From a candidate division WWE3 bacterium RAAC2_WWE3_1 (lineage in GTDB: Bacteria; Patescibacteriota; WWE3; UBA101185; UBA10185), in the NCBI GenBank assembly GCA_000503835.1, contig CP006914.1, positions 45,790 to 109,789 on the forward strand: DNA of 64,000 nt. Reading direction: 5' to 3'. The position numbers and the translations under genes are program-made. Below are positions 52,563-61,007 of this stretch, one piece after another. The notes beneath the pieces were generated by a model. It was not told where the DNA came from, ran no database searches, and saw only the letters and a program-made list of their open reading frames with translations. How positions within the stretch are numbered: the first letter of the stretch is position 1; each line of letters starts with the position of its first letter.

Positions 52563-53568
52563 GTTTAGCATAATTATTCCCGTAAGAAAGTTCAACGAGT
52601 TTTTGAAAGAGAACATTTCACACTTAAAGGAACTGACCTACAGGAATTTTGAGGTAATAATTGTTACCGATGAAAAAGAGAACTACGACTTTCAGGATTC
52701 GAGATTTATTTTAACTAACTCAGGTCCGATTGGTCCGGGTGAAAAAAGGAACCTGGGAGCGGCAAGAGCTACGGGGGACGTTTTGTCTTTTTTGGACGAC
52801 GATGCTTATCCGGAAAAAGACTGGTTGGATAGGGCGGCGGAAATCTTTGAAAATGAGGATGTTTTTGCACTGGGGGGCCCGGCCATAACTCCCAAAGATG
52901 CCAGGTTTTTGGAGAGAATGTCCGGAAGAGTGCTGGAATCGTGGATGGCCAGCGCGGGGACGGTTTATAGGCACAAACCGGGAAAAAATATGGAAATTGC
53001 TGACTACCCCACGGTAAATCTGTTCGTAAGAAAGGACTCTTTTGATAGGGCAGGGGGCTTCCCTGTGGAATTTTGGCCGGGTGAGGACACCAAACTTTGC
53101 CTCGAGCTTGTAAAATCGTACGGGAGAAAATTCGTCTACGATCCAAGACCCGTCGTTTACCACCACAGAAGAAACCTTTTCATTCCGCATCTAAAGCAAA
53201 TATCCAGGTACGGACGCCACAGGGGGCAGTTTGCGAGGATTTTTCCTGAAACCTCCAGGCTTCCTTCATATTTCGCTCCCTCAATGTTCGTGGCAGGATT
53301 GGTGTTAGGCCCGTTTATATCATTATTTATTCCACAATTACTTAAGTTTTATATTTTCGTTGTAGGCGTATATCTTATAATGCTGGTTTTAGAGAGCGTA
53401 AGAGTTTTTCTTAAAGACAAAGATCCGCGCAGTGTCTTTTATGTCGGTGCGGGAATATTTTTAACACACGTTGTATACGGAGTAAATTTCATAATTGGTA
53501 TTATGAAGAAACCTGAGTTAAAATTGAGGAGCGTCGATAAATCATCCGGAAATTATTTAGGAGGATAA
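52555..53568 (+). CDS. GT2 glycosyltransferase with C-terminal TM helices
   Basis: RNLGA, FLDDD, GED. Confidence 0.88.
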   Translation: MNRFSIIIPVRKFNEFLKENISHLKELTYRNFEVIIVTDEKENYDFQDSRFILTNSGPIGPGEKRNLGAARATGDVLSFLDDDAYPEKDWLDRAAEIFENEDVFALGGPAITPKDARFLERMSGRVLESWMASAGTVYRHKPGKNMEIADYPTVNLFVRKDSFDRAGGFPVEFWPGEDTKLCLELVKSYGRKFVYDPRPVVYHHRRNLFIPHLKQISRYGRHRGQFARIFPETSRLPSYFAPSMFVAGLVLGPFISLFIPQLLKFYIFVVGVYLIMLVLESVRVFLKDKDPRSVFYVGAGIFLTHVVYGVNFIIGIMKKPELKLRSVDKSSGNYLGG

Positions 53569-53826
53569 ATGGAAGAAGTAACTACATATAAAAATCCAAA
53601 CTCGAAAGTGATAATAAAAGTCATAAATGATAAATGTATAAGTGCGGCGACCTGTATAATTCACGCGCCCGAAACTTTTGATCTCAACCCCGATGGTATT
53701 GTGTACGCGAAAGAAGGAACGTGGGATGAGGCCGAGAAAATTATCAAAGGGGCAAAATCCTGTCCGACAACTGCGATAATTGTCGAAGACCTTGAAGGCA
53801 ACGTGTTGTATCCTGAGAACAAATAG
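53569..53826 (+). CDS. Single-cluster ferredoxin, probably [3Fe-4S]
   Basis: CISAATC...APETF...SCPTTAI (Cys-x2-Ala-x2-Cys...Cys-Pro). Confidence 0.85.
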   Translation: MEEVTTYKNPNSKVIIKVINDKCISAATCIIHAPETFDLNPDGIVYAKEGTWDEAEKIIKGAKSCPTTAIIVEDLEGNVLYPENK

Positions 53827-53844
53827 ACAGGTGTCTATATCTTA

Positions 53845-53873
53845 TTGAACTTTCCCGGGGCATTGTATATACT
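53845..53873 (+). promoter_or_regulatory. Sigma70-type promoter for the radical SAM gene
   Basis: TTGAAC-N17-TATACT. Confidence 0.65.
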
Positions 53874-53899
53874 AAACAGATGAAAAAAGGATTTTTCCG

Positions 53900-55513
53900 A
53901 TGAAAATTGCGATAGGCTACCCTCCAATAGATCAGCTTAAAGGAGTTCCTTTATTATCTCAGAATAGGCAGTTCCAGTATTTCAACGCCCCCACATATAT
54001 TTACCCCATGGTTCCGGCTTATGCGGCTTCTTTGGCCAAAGAACGGGGATACAATGTGGTTTGGATGGACGGAATCTCCGAGAAGAAAACGTACGCAGAA
54101 TGGCTCACCGAGCTTGAAAATGAAAAGCCCGATTATCTTATGATGGAGACCAAAGCTCCGGTTCTAAAGTTCCATTGGAAAATAATAGATGAAATTAAAG
54201 TGAAATTTCCTAACATGAAGGTGGTTTTGGTAGGAGATCATGTTACCTGGAATCCTGTTGAAACGCTGGATGCCTGCAAAGTAGATTACATCATAACGGG
54301 GGGCGATTACGACTTTTTGCTTAGTGATATGGTCGATGCCATTAAAAATAATGCCTTTTTACCGGGTGGAATTTACGGAAGAAAAGAAGACACCGGCGTA
54401 TCGATTGATCCCAAGTGGCTGAAGATGCACAAGTCCGAAATATCCGGAGAAGAAGCATACTTTCAGAGTGGTCCTTTAGAGCTTCAACATAATCTTGATG
54501 ATCTTCCTTTTGTTGACCGTGACCTTACCAAGTGGAAACTTTACGCGTATGCGAACGGAAATTATAAATACACACCGGCGACCTACATGTATTCAGGAAG
54601 GGATTGCTGGTGGAACAGGTGTACCTTTTGTGTTTGGGACCATACACTAAATCCCAAAGGATTTTACAGAAGGTTTTCTCCCGAAAGGCTTTTCGCGGAA
54701 GTTAAACATGTTGTCGATAACTACGGGGTCAAAGAAATTTTTGACGACGCCGGAACCCTGTTTGTAGGACCTCCCCTGAAAAAGTTTTGTGAGCTGTTAA
54801 TAGACTCGGGGTATAACAAGAAAGTTGTTTTCGGGTGCAATATGCGTTTGAATGCTTTAACCTCCGAATATTACCGGTTAATGGGCAAGGCTAATTTTAG
54901 GTTTATTTTATACGGAATGGAGTCTGCGAACCAATTTACTTTAGATAAGCTGGACAAAGGTCTTCAGGTTGAAGAGATTGCGGAAGGTGCCAAAATGGCC
55001 AAAAAGGCAGGTTTGGAGCCCCATATTACAGTAATGCTCGGGTATCCTTGGGAGACTGAGGAAATGGCTCAAAAAACAATAGATTTAGCCAAGGATTTGT
55101 TTAAAAGAGGCTATGTTGACACAATGCAGGCTACAATCGTCATTCCCTATCCCGGAACTCCTTTGTATAAAGAGTGTGTTGAAAAGGATTGGCTGCAGGT
55201 CGGGGCGAAAGATTATGAAAAGTTTGATATGAGGGCGCCGGTCATGAAGATACCTTTTTCGAATGAACATCTGTACGAGCTGACCCAATCACTGTATTCC
55301 TCATTCTTTACCCCTCAGTATATTTTCAGAAAAGTTGTGTCTGTTAGAAATTGGAACGATGTAAGATTTCTCTGGTATTCGGCCTGGAAATTGATAGGCC
55401 ACCTTTTGGATTTTGATAAGGAACAGACTCGGGTAAATTGGTTATCGCCAAAGTTCTGGGGAAATGCGTTAAAAAGTATGTTCGGAACTGCCGCCGTGGC
55501 CAAGAAAGAATGA
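53900..55513 (+). CDS. B12-binding-domain radical SAM protein
   Basis: CWWNRCTFC (CxxxCxxC), N-terminal LVGDHVT, GMES, GYPWET, PYPGT. Confidence 0.9.
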   Translation: MKIAIGYPPIDQLKGVPLLSQNRQFQYFNAPTYIYPMVPAYAASLAKERGYNVVWMDGISEKKTYAEWLTELENEKPDYLMMETKAPVLKFHWKIIDEIKVKFPNMKVVLVGDHVTWNPVETLDACKVDYIITGGDYDFLLSDMVDAIKNNAFLPGGIYGRKEDTGVSIDPKWLKMHKSEISGEEAYFQSGPLELQHNLDDLPFVDRDLTKWKLYAYANGNYKYTPATYMYSGRDCWWNRCTFCVWDHTLNPKGFYRRFSPERLFAEVKHVVDNYGVKEIFDDAGTLFVGPPLKKFCELLIDSGYNKKVVFGCNMRLNALTSEYYRLMGKANFRFILYGMESANQFTLDKLDKGLQVEEIAEGAKMAKKAGLEPHITVMLGYPWETEEMAQKTIDLAKDLFKRGYVDTMQATIVIPYPGTPLYKECVEKDWLQVGAKDYEKFDMRAPVMKIPFSNEHLYELTQSLYSSFFTPQYIFRKVVSVRNWNDVRFLWYSAWKLIGHLLDFDKEQTRVNWLSPKFWGNALKSMFGTAAVAKKE

Positions 55514-55547
55514 GTACGCGTTTGAGTACAAAAGTAATCTTCAACTT

Positions 55548-55591
55548 AAAAAAGAAAAGCCGCGAATTGTTTTTTTAAACATCGCGGCTTT
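55548..55591 (-). terminator. Rho-independent terminator, possibly bidirectional
   Basis: Minus strand AAAGCCGCGA...TCGCGGCTTT-TCTTTTTT, between convergent genes. Confidence 0.8.
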
Positions 55592-55598
55592 GTAAATC

Positions 55599-55907
55599 TT
55601 AGTTAGCATCGGCGAGCTCAAGTTCGTCGTTAATAACGGGGTCCAGGTGAGCGTCGACAAGTGTCTTATTGTTAATTGACACGGCACTGAAGTCTTTCGG
55701 TAGAGTGCTCACATTCACCAAAACTCCTCGTTTCATCCTGGTCACCTGAACCGTAAAATACCTTTCCTGATCGCGTTCAGGGTTTACATACGAGTTTAGG
55801 TTTATGTACAACCTGCCCCCGCTTTTAATAAAGGCGCCCGGTGAAACGAATACCGTCGTGTTCACGGGTTTGGTACGAAGAGTAACCATCGGATCCGAAA
55901 TATGCAT
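55599..55907 (-). CDS. Hypothetical protein, cassette family A
   Basis: 102 aa; SD GAAAGGAG; similar to neighbouring ORFs. Confidence 0.8.
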   Translation of the reverse strand: MHISDPMVTLRTKPVNTTVFVSPGAFIKSGGRLYINLNSYVNPERDQERYFTVQVTRMKRGVLVNVSTLPKDFSAVSINNKTLVDAHLDPVINDELELADAN

Positions 55908-55922
55908 TTTTTCTCCTTTCTC

Positions 55923-56216
55923 TTAGTTTGAATAGCCGATGAAGCTTTCTTCCAGCTCAACCGGTCTGAAGTTAAACTGTCTTATCACCCAATTGTCCAA
56001 AACCGGTACTTCAAGAAAGGCAGGTAAGGTACATATAGCTACTGTTACGCTGGCAACGAGCGTGATAATGCGTATCGTTTGTTTGGTCGCCAGATTGCAG
56101 GTCAGGCTCACAATCTCCTCGGAGTTTATGTATAGATCTCCTTCGTAGAATGCAAAGACGTCCTGCGAAACATAAGCTACTGTGTACTTTGGCAGATCGG
56201 CAAGTCTGTACAACAT
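55923..56216 (-). CDS. Hypothetical protein, cassette family A
   Basis: 97 aa; SD GAGGAG; similar to 55599..55907. Confidence 0.8.
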   Translation of the reverse strand: MLYRLADLPKYTVAYVSQDVFAFYEGDLYINSEEIVSLTCNLATKQTIRIITLVASVTVAICTLPAFLEVPVLDNWVIRQFNFRPVELEESFIGYSN

Positions 56217-56226
56217 TCTCGGCTCC

Positions 56227-56454
56227 TCAGACTGATATGTATTTCCTCATTGTTCTGACGTATTCCCGTAACAGGTGTCTGAATCTGACTGTAATCTGCG
56301 GGTCCGTTTCGCAAGAGACGTCGATAAAGAATCCCTTTCTGCTCTTTAATACTTCGACGTTGAGATAGTCCGTTCTGTATTTCTCAGCCGCTAGCAATTT
56401 GATTACGTGATCCACCGCATCCTTCGCGTTCCGGTACGACAAAAAGTACGGCAT
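56227..56454 (-). CDS. Hypothetical protein (75 aa, MPYFLSY...)
   Basis: SD GAAAGGGG 6 nt before ATG 56454; in operon with its neighbours. Confidence 0.72.
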   Translation of the reverse strand: MPYFLSYRNAKDAVDHVIKLLAAEKYRTDYLNVEVLKSRKGFFIDVSCETDPQITVRFRHLLREYVRTMRKYISV

Positions 56455-56473
56455 CTCGGTCCCCTTTCGGTTA

Positions 56474-56770
56474 TCAGTATGGCTCAAACAACTTCGACAT
56501 GAGCTGTTTGAGAGCTATTACCGGGATGTATTCGCCGGTTGCCAGTTTTTCCCTGCTTATGACGTTATTTTTTGCTTTACTGGTGTCGATGTCCATTGTA
56601 TGAAGAATGGAATGCACCCGCCTGACCAGAATGTCGGACTTACTGTTTCCGGACGGATAGCACATGGTGTTTTGGTTGACGAAGCAAATGCCTCCGTCAT
56701 TCGAGTAAAGATCCTCTTCCCTGATGTACGCAGCCTCCCAATTTCTCAGTTCTCTTACGGCTTTCACCAT
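56474..56770 (-). CDS. Hypothetical protein, divergent member of cassette family A
   Basis: 98 aa from ATG 56770 (MVKAVRELR...); SD GAGGAG. Confidence 0.75.
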   Translation of the reverse strand: MVKAVRELRNWEAAYIREEDLYSNDGGICFVNQNTMCYPSGNSKSDILVRRVHSILHTMDIDTSKAKNNVISREKLATGEYIPVIALKQLMSKLFEPY

Positions 56771-56807
56771 ATCGCTCTCCTCTCTTTGGATTATTGTTAT
56801 TGATGGG

Positions 56808-56836
56808 ATTCTATCAGCACAACGGGGTGTTTTCAA
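56808..56836 (-). promoter_or_regulatory. Sigma70-type promoter for the four-gene cassette unit
   Basis: Minus strand TTGAAA-N17-TAGAAT with TG extension. Confidence 0.72.
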
Positions 56837-57009
56837 ATCAGTCGGGGCAATATGCATTTTACGTTATGCACAGTCCTTATTTTTCATAAAATTTGCATTA
56901 AAAAATGGTTGGGTATAGTGAGTGCTATCTCCCGCGAAAAGTAATAATTCTTCCCAATTAATAGGATATACTACTCATCGAAAATCATGTCCAGTTTAGA
57001 TTTCCATTT

Positions 57010-57050
57010 AAAAAAGAGGCCCGTTGTGTTTTGTTGGAACAACGGGCTTT
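57010..57050 (-). terminator. Rho-independent terminator
   Basis: Minus strand AAGCCCGTTGT...ACAACGGGCCT-CTTTTTT. Confidence 0.8.
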
Positions 57051-57073
57051 AGGCTCTAATAATAAACCTGGTT

Positions 57074-57304
57074 TTACTTGGCCGGGGTAAAGCAAATTGT
57101 TTTCCGGTTGGTCTTTTCACAACAGGCATTGTGGTGTTTCAAAGCAGTTACGAAGTTTTTTGCCTGTTCCGGTGATTCGGAGTAAAAAGTGATACGACTG
57201 CGCTCAGCATCTACGTCATAGTGCTGGTTTTCAAACACATGCACTTTCACTCCGACCTCCATTGCCCGTCCTAAATCATCAGGTCCACTGAAATTAATTC
57301 TCAT
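57074..57304 (-). CDS. Hypothetical protein (76 aa)
   Basis: SD AAGGGAGG before ATG; followed by a terminator. Confidence 0.7.
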   Translation of the reverse strand: MRINFSGPDDLGRAMEVGVKVHVFENQHYDVDAERSRITFYSESPEQAKNFVTALKHHNACCEKTNRKTICFTPAK

Positions 57305-57381
57305 TGCCTCCCTTACCTTTCTGTGCCGGTTTACTTTCTGAAATAGGTTCCAACTCTTAGTTTTTGGGTTATTCTTCTACT

Positions 57382-57600
57382 TCAAGAAATCTCCTTTCTC
57401 GCCTCCCGGACAAGCTTGTACGATGCTCCTGAAATGCCCGACATAACCAGCTCCCTTATCAGGAAATCGGCTTCATGTCCTTCGCATAAACTTATCAGGA
57501 GTTTGGGGGAGTCGTAGAGCCAGGGAAAATCGCTTTTACGAAGTAATTCCAGACCCGCAGAAAACGCTTCCTCCGTTAAGAAGTAAAAGTCGTACGTCAT
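57382..57600 (-). CDS. Hypothetical protein (72 aa)
   Basis: SD AAAGGGAGG 4 nt before ATG. Confidence 0.72.
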   Translation of the reverse strand: MTYDFYFLTEEAFSAGLELLRKSDFPWLYDSPKLLISLCEGHEADFLIRELVMSGISGASYKLVREARKEIS

Positions 57601-57670
57601 GTAGCCTCCCTTTCGTGTCGATTTATTGACAACAGTCTATCAAATCTTGGTGTTATAGTAAAATTAGTAA

Positions 57671-58102
57671 ATGTACATAATACTCACGGAAATGGGACAC
57701 CTGAGCCTTTCTTTATTGATAGGATACGCGTGTTTTAAGATTTTTAGACGCATTTCCGGCTTCGTACCGGCTTTATTATCGGGATTTTTTGTGGATTTTG
57801 ACCACCTGATCGATTATTTTATTCACAAAGGGTTGAGCTTTGATGTAAGCAACTTCATTTCCGGGCGGCATTACCATGAAACCAATACTTCTTATATATT
57901 TTTTCATAGCTGGGAACTTGTTTTGTTCCTGGGTGTCCTTACTTACTATTCGAAGAAAAAATATATTTGGTGCCCTTTAGTTCTCGGACTGACGTTTCAT
58001 TTATTGTGGGATTACTTAACGAATCCGGTTCACTGGTATACGTACTTTTTTACCGCGAGATATTTACTGGGCTTCGCGCTGGATAAACTTTTCGTTTTCT
58101 AG
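57671..58102 (+). CDS. YdjM/DUF457-like membrane-bound putative metal-dependent hydrolase
   Basis: H...DFDH...FHS...HLLWD motif set in a hydrophobic protein. Confidence 0.65.
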   Translation: MYIILTEMGHLSLSLLIGYACFKIFRRISGFVPALLSGFFVDFDHLIDYFIHKGLSFDVSNFISGRHYHETNTSYIFFHSWELVLFLGVLTYYSKKKYIWCPLVLGLTFHLLWDYLTNPVHWYTYFFTARYLLGFALDKLFVF

Positions 58103-58121
58103 GTTGTAGTACAATATACAA

Positions 58122-59159
58122 ATGGAAAAACCCACAGTGTCGATTTTAATACCGACATTAAACGCAAGTTCGGTGTTGGGGAATTGCTTGGAATCCATAA
58201 AAAAACAAAATTACCCGGCTGAAAAAATCGAAATTATTGTAGCTGACGGCGGTTCTTCTGATGGAACAGTTGAGATAGCCAAAAAGTATGGGGCGGTTGT
58301 TGTTGAGAACAAATTAAAAACAGGAGAAGCGGGAAAGGCAGCGGCGCTAAGGGCTGCAGGCGGAGAGTTTGCGGCGCTTATTGATTCGGATAACATTTTA
58401 CCCGACGGGAGTTGGCTAGAGCAGATGATTGAGCCTTTGCTGGAGCATGAGGAGGCAGTGGGAAGCGAACCGTGGCAGTACGTGTGGCGAAAAGAAGATG
58501 GGTTTATTGACAGGTATTGTTCTTTAATTGGGATGAATGATCCTTTCGTGATGTTTTTGGGAAATTATGATCGGGTGAACATACTGACAGGAAAGTGGAC
58601 GGAGGTTAAGCATGACGAAAAAGATTTCGGAGATTATTTATTGGTGGGTTTGGATAAAAGAGGAGTTCCGACAATCGGTGCTAACGGAACTGTGTTCAGA
58701 AGCGGGTTCTTGAAGAATAGGGTGAGAGGGGACTACCTATTCGACATTGATATTCTGGCGAAGGAGATAAAGGAAAAAGGGTTTGTGAAATTTATTAAAG
58801 TTAAGAATGGGATTATTCATAATTTTTGCGGAAGAGACGCTGGGAAGTTTGCGAGAAAACAAAGGAGGCGCGTGAAAGATTACCTTTTTCATTTGAATAA
58901 AAAGGGTGGCAGGGAGTTCGGATGGGGCGAGATGGACTTGGGAGGGCAGAGACCGTGGGGTATGATGAAGTTTGTGCTTTATACTTTGTTGGTGGTGCCG
59001 GTGGTGGGGCAGGCTATTTTAGGATTTTTAAAAAAGGCAGATTTCGCGTGGTTTTTTCATCCGGTTGCGTGCTGGATTACTTTGTGGGAGTACGGGTGGG
59101 GTCGAGTTGGCGGTTATTTTAAGACAGCGGAGTTGAGTAGGGAGGGGTGGGGGCAGTGA
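58122..59159 (+). CDS. GT2 glycosyltransferase
   Basis: IPTLN, ADGGSSDGT, IDSD. Confidence 0.88.
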   Translation: MEKPTVSILIPTLNASSVLGNCLESIKKQNYPAEKIEIIVADGGSSDGTVEIAKKYGAVVVENKLKTGEAGKAAALRAAGGEFAALIDSDNILPDGSWLEQMIEPLLEHEEAVGSEPWQYVWRKEDGFIDRYCSLIGMNDPFVMFLGNYDRVNILTGKWTEVKHDEKDFGDYLLVGLDKRGVPTIGANGTVFRSGFLKNRVRGDYLFDIDILAKEIKEKGFVKFIKVKNGIIHNFCGRDAGKFARKQRRRVKDYLFHLNKKGGREFGWGEMDLGGQRPWGMMKFVLYTLLVVPVVGQAILGFLKKADFAWFFHPVACWITLWEYGWGRVGGYFKTAELSREGWGQ

Positions 59160-59165
59160 ACTACT

Positions 59166-59846
59166 ATGGGTGATATTAAGATTAATGAAAAAAACAGTTT
59201 GACGTTAGTAAAGGTCAACTTAGGGTGCGGACCTAGCGGTATTGACGGTTGGATAAATTATGATTGGGGAATTCTTCCACTAATATCAAAAATTCCGTTT
59301 TTGCAAAGAATTATATTTTCTTTTAGGTTACTTCCTTCTTTTTACTCTGCAAAATGGCCGAAGCTTGAGCTTGTAAATATACAAAAAAAATTACCATTGA
59401 AGGACGAATCCGTTAATTACATTTATTGTTCTCATGTGCTGGAACATTTCGAACCGTGGGAAGCCTTAGGTGTGTTAAAGGAATGTAAGCGCATCATGAA
59501 AACTGGCGGTGTTTTAAGAATTGTAACGCCCGATATTCGCAAATTGATTGATATTTACCTTAATTCTGGTAACAATGCTCGCGCTGCGAGACTTCTGTGT
59601 AACATGTGGTGGGGATTTGATAAAGATAGGCAGCCTACAAGTTTTTTGGAAAAGCTTTCGAGAAGATTTACCAGAGAGCATCTTTGGAACTATGATGAAG
59701 AGGAAATGACTGCTCTTATCAAGTCCGCAGGTTTTAATCACGTATCCTTGGTTTCCGTAGGAAAAGGCGAAGTGCCGGATATAGACAGGCTAGATTCCCC
59801 AAAAATGGCAAATACTAGTTTATATGTGGAGGTTAAAAAAATATGA
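59166..59846 (+). CDS. Class I SAM-dependent methyltransferase
   Basis: NLGCG, YCSHVLEH, GGVLRI.TPD. Confidence 0.85.
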   Translation: MGDIKINEKNSLTLVKVNLGCGPSGIDGWINYDWGILPLISKIPFLQRIIFSFRLLPSFYSAKWPKLELVNIQKKLPLKDESVNYIYCSHVLEHFEPWEALGVLKECKRIMKTGGVLRIVTPDIRKLIDIYLNSGNNARAARLLCNMWWGFDKDRQPTSFLEKLSRRFTREHLWNYDEEEMTALIKSAGFNHVSLVSVGKGEVPDIDRLDSPKMANTSLYVEVKKI

Positions 59847-61006
59847 CAAGTGTTTTGCTGATAACACCGTTTTTTCTTCCGAACATAGGCGGTGCTGAAA
59901 CATATGCCTTTGAGCTTGTTGAATATTTAAGATCGCACGACTGTTTAGTGAATGTGCTTACTTATCAACCTATAACAACACCCAACGTTAGGGGCGAGAG
60001 GATGGAGAAAAGAAACAATTTAGTTATAAATCGTTTCCAGTGGATAGGATTCAATTTGTTTGGAAAATTGGAGAAATATCCCCTTATTAATTTTCTTTAT
60101 TTGACTCCGTACCTTCTGCTTAGAAGTTTTGTATGGATGCTATTTAACTCAGGAAAGGTTGATGTCATAGATGCTCAAGGTTTCAACAGCGCTTGTATTG
60201 CAGCAGTTTTGAAAAGAATTTTCAAGAAAAAGGCGGTAATAAGCGTAATGAGTTTGTATGATTTCAAGCCGGGGAACATTTTATCAACGCTAGTTGGGGC
60301 GGTAATCTCGAAAATGGATCACGTTATAGTAGAGAGTAATCGGAGTAAAGAAGAACTTATTTCAATCGGAATAGCTTCTGAGAAGATTACGCCGTACATT
60401 GAGTGGCTAAATCTAGATGTGTTTAAGCCTTACAATAAAATTGAAATGAAGGAAAAGCTGGGGTTGCCGGCACAATTTACTGTTTTGTTTGTAGGGAGAG
60501 CCATAGAGATAAAGGGAATAGATCTTATACTTGAATCAGCCAAAAAACTGCGTAATGAGAAAATAAGCTTTGTGTTTATATCGAATGCGGGGCCTATGAT
60601 GGGCGAGTTGGCGGAGGCAGCATCTAAGGCATTGAATATAGTATTTATACCGGGAGTACCGTACAATAAATTACCCGAGTATGAATCTGCAGCAGATGTT
60701 GCGGTTATACCCTCCAAGTATTCCGAGAATTCTGCAATAACGGTTTTGACTGCTATAAGTTGCGGTACCCCGGTGATTGCATCCAGAGTAGGAGCGATAC
60801 CGAGTTTACTAACCGACGAAGTTGGTGTATTGGTAGAGCCTACTGCCGAGAGCTTCTCTTCTGCGATTTTGGGTTTGTTTAAGGATGGAGTGAGGTATAA
60901 CCAAATGCAGAATAATTGTGAAAGCTATGCAAAGAAACACTTTAGCATCGACAATGCATCTACTATTTATAAAGTTTATTTAAAGGTGCTTGATAGGAGC
61001 TTTTAA
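59843..61006 (+). CDS. Glycosyltransferase family 4
   Basis: PNIGGAE, FVGR..EIKG, PS.YSE, GTPVIAS. Confidence 0.88.
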   Translation: MTSVLLITPFFLPNIGGAETYAFELVEYLRSHDCLVNVLTYQPITTPNVRGERMEKRNNLVINRFQWIGFNLFGKLEKYPLINFLYLTPYLLLRSFVWMLFNSGKVDVIDAQGFNSACIAAVLKRIFKKKAVISVMSLYDFKPGNILSTLVGAVISKMDHVIVESNRSKEELISIGIASEKITPYIEWLNLDVFKPYNKIEMKEKLGLPAQFTVLFVGRAIEIKGIDLILESAKKLRNEKISFVFISNAGPMMGELAEAASKALNIVFIPGVPYNKLPEYESAADVAVIPSKYSENSAITVLTAISCGTPVIASRVGAIPSLLTDEVGVLVEPTAESFSSAILGLFKDGVRYNQMQNNCESYAKKHFSIDNASTIYKVYLKVLDRSF

Positions 61007-61007
61007 T

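Noticed and set aside
56771-56857. 29-aa N-terminal extension of ORF 56474..56857
   Set aside because: It spans the predicted promoter and SD; ATG 56770 matches the paralog lengths.
55514-57670. Integron cassette array or prophage
   Set aside because: No convincing attC sites, integrase or phage hallmark genes; the hairpins look like terminators.
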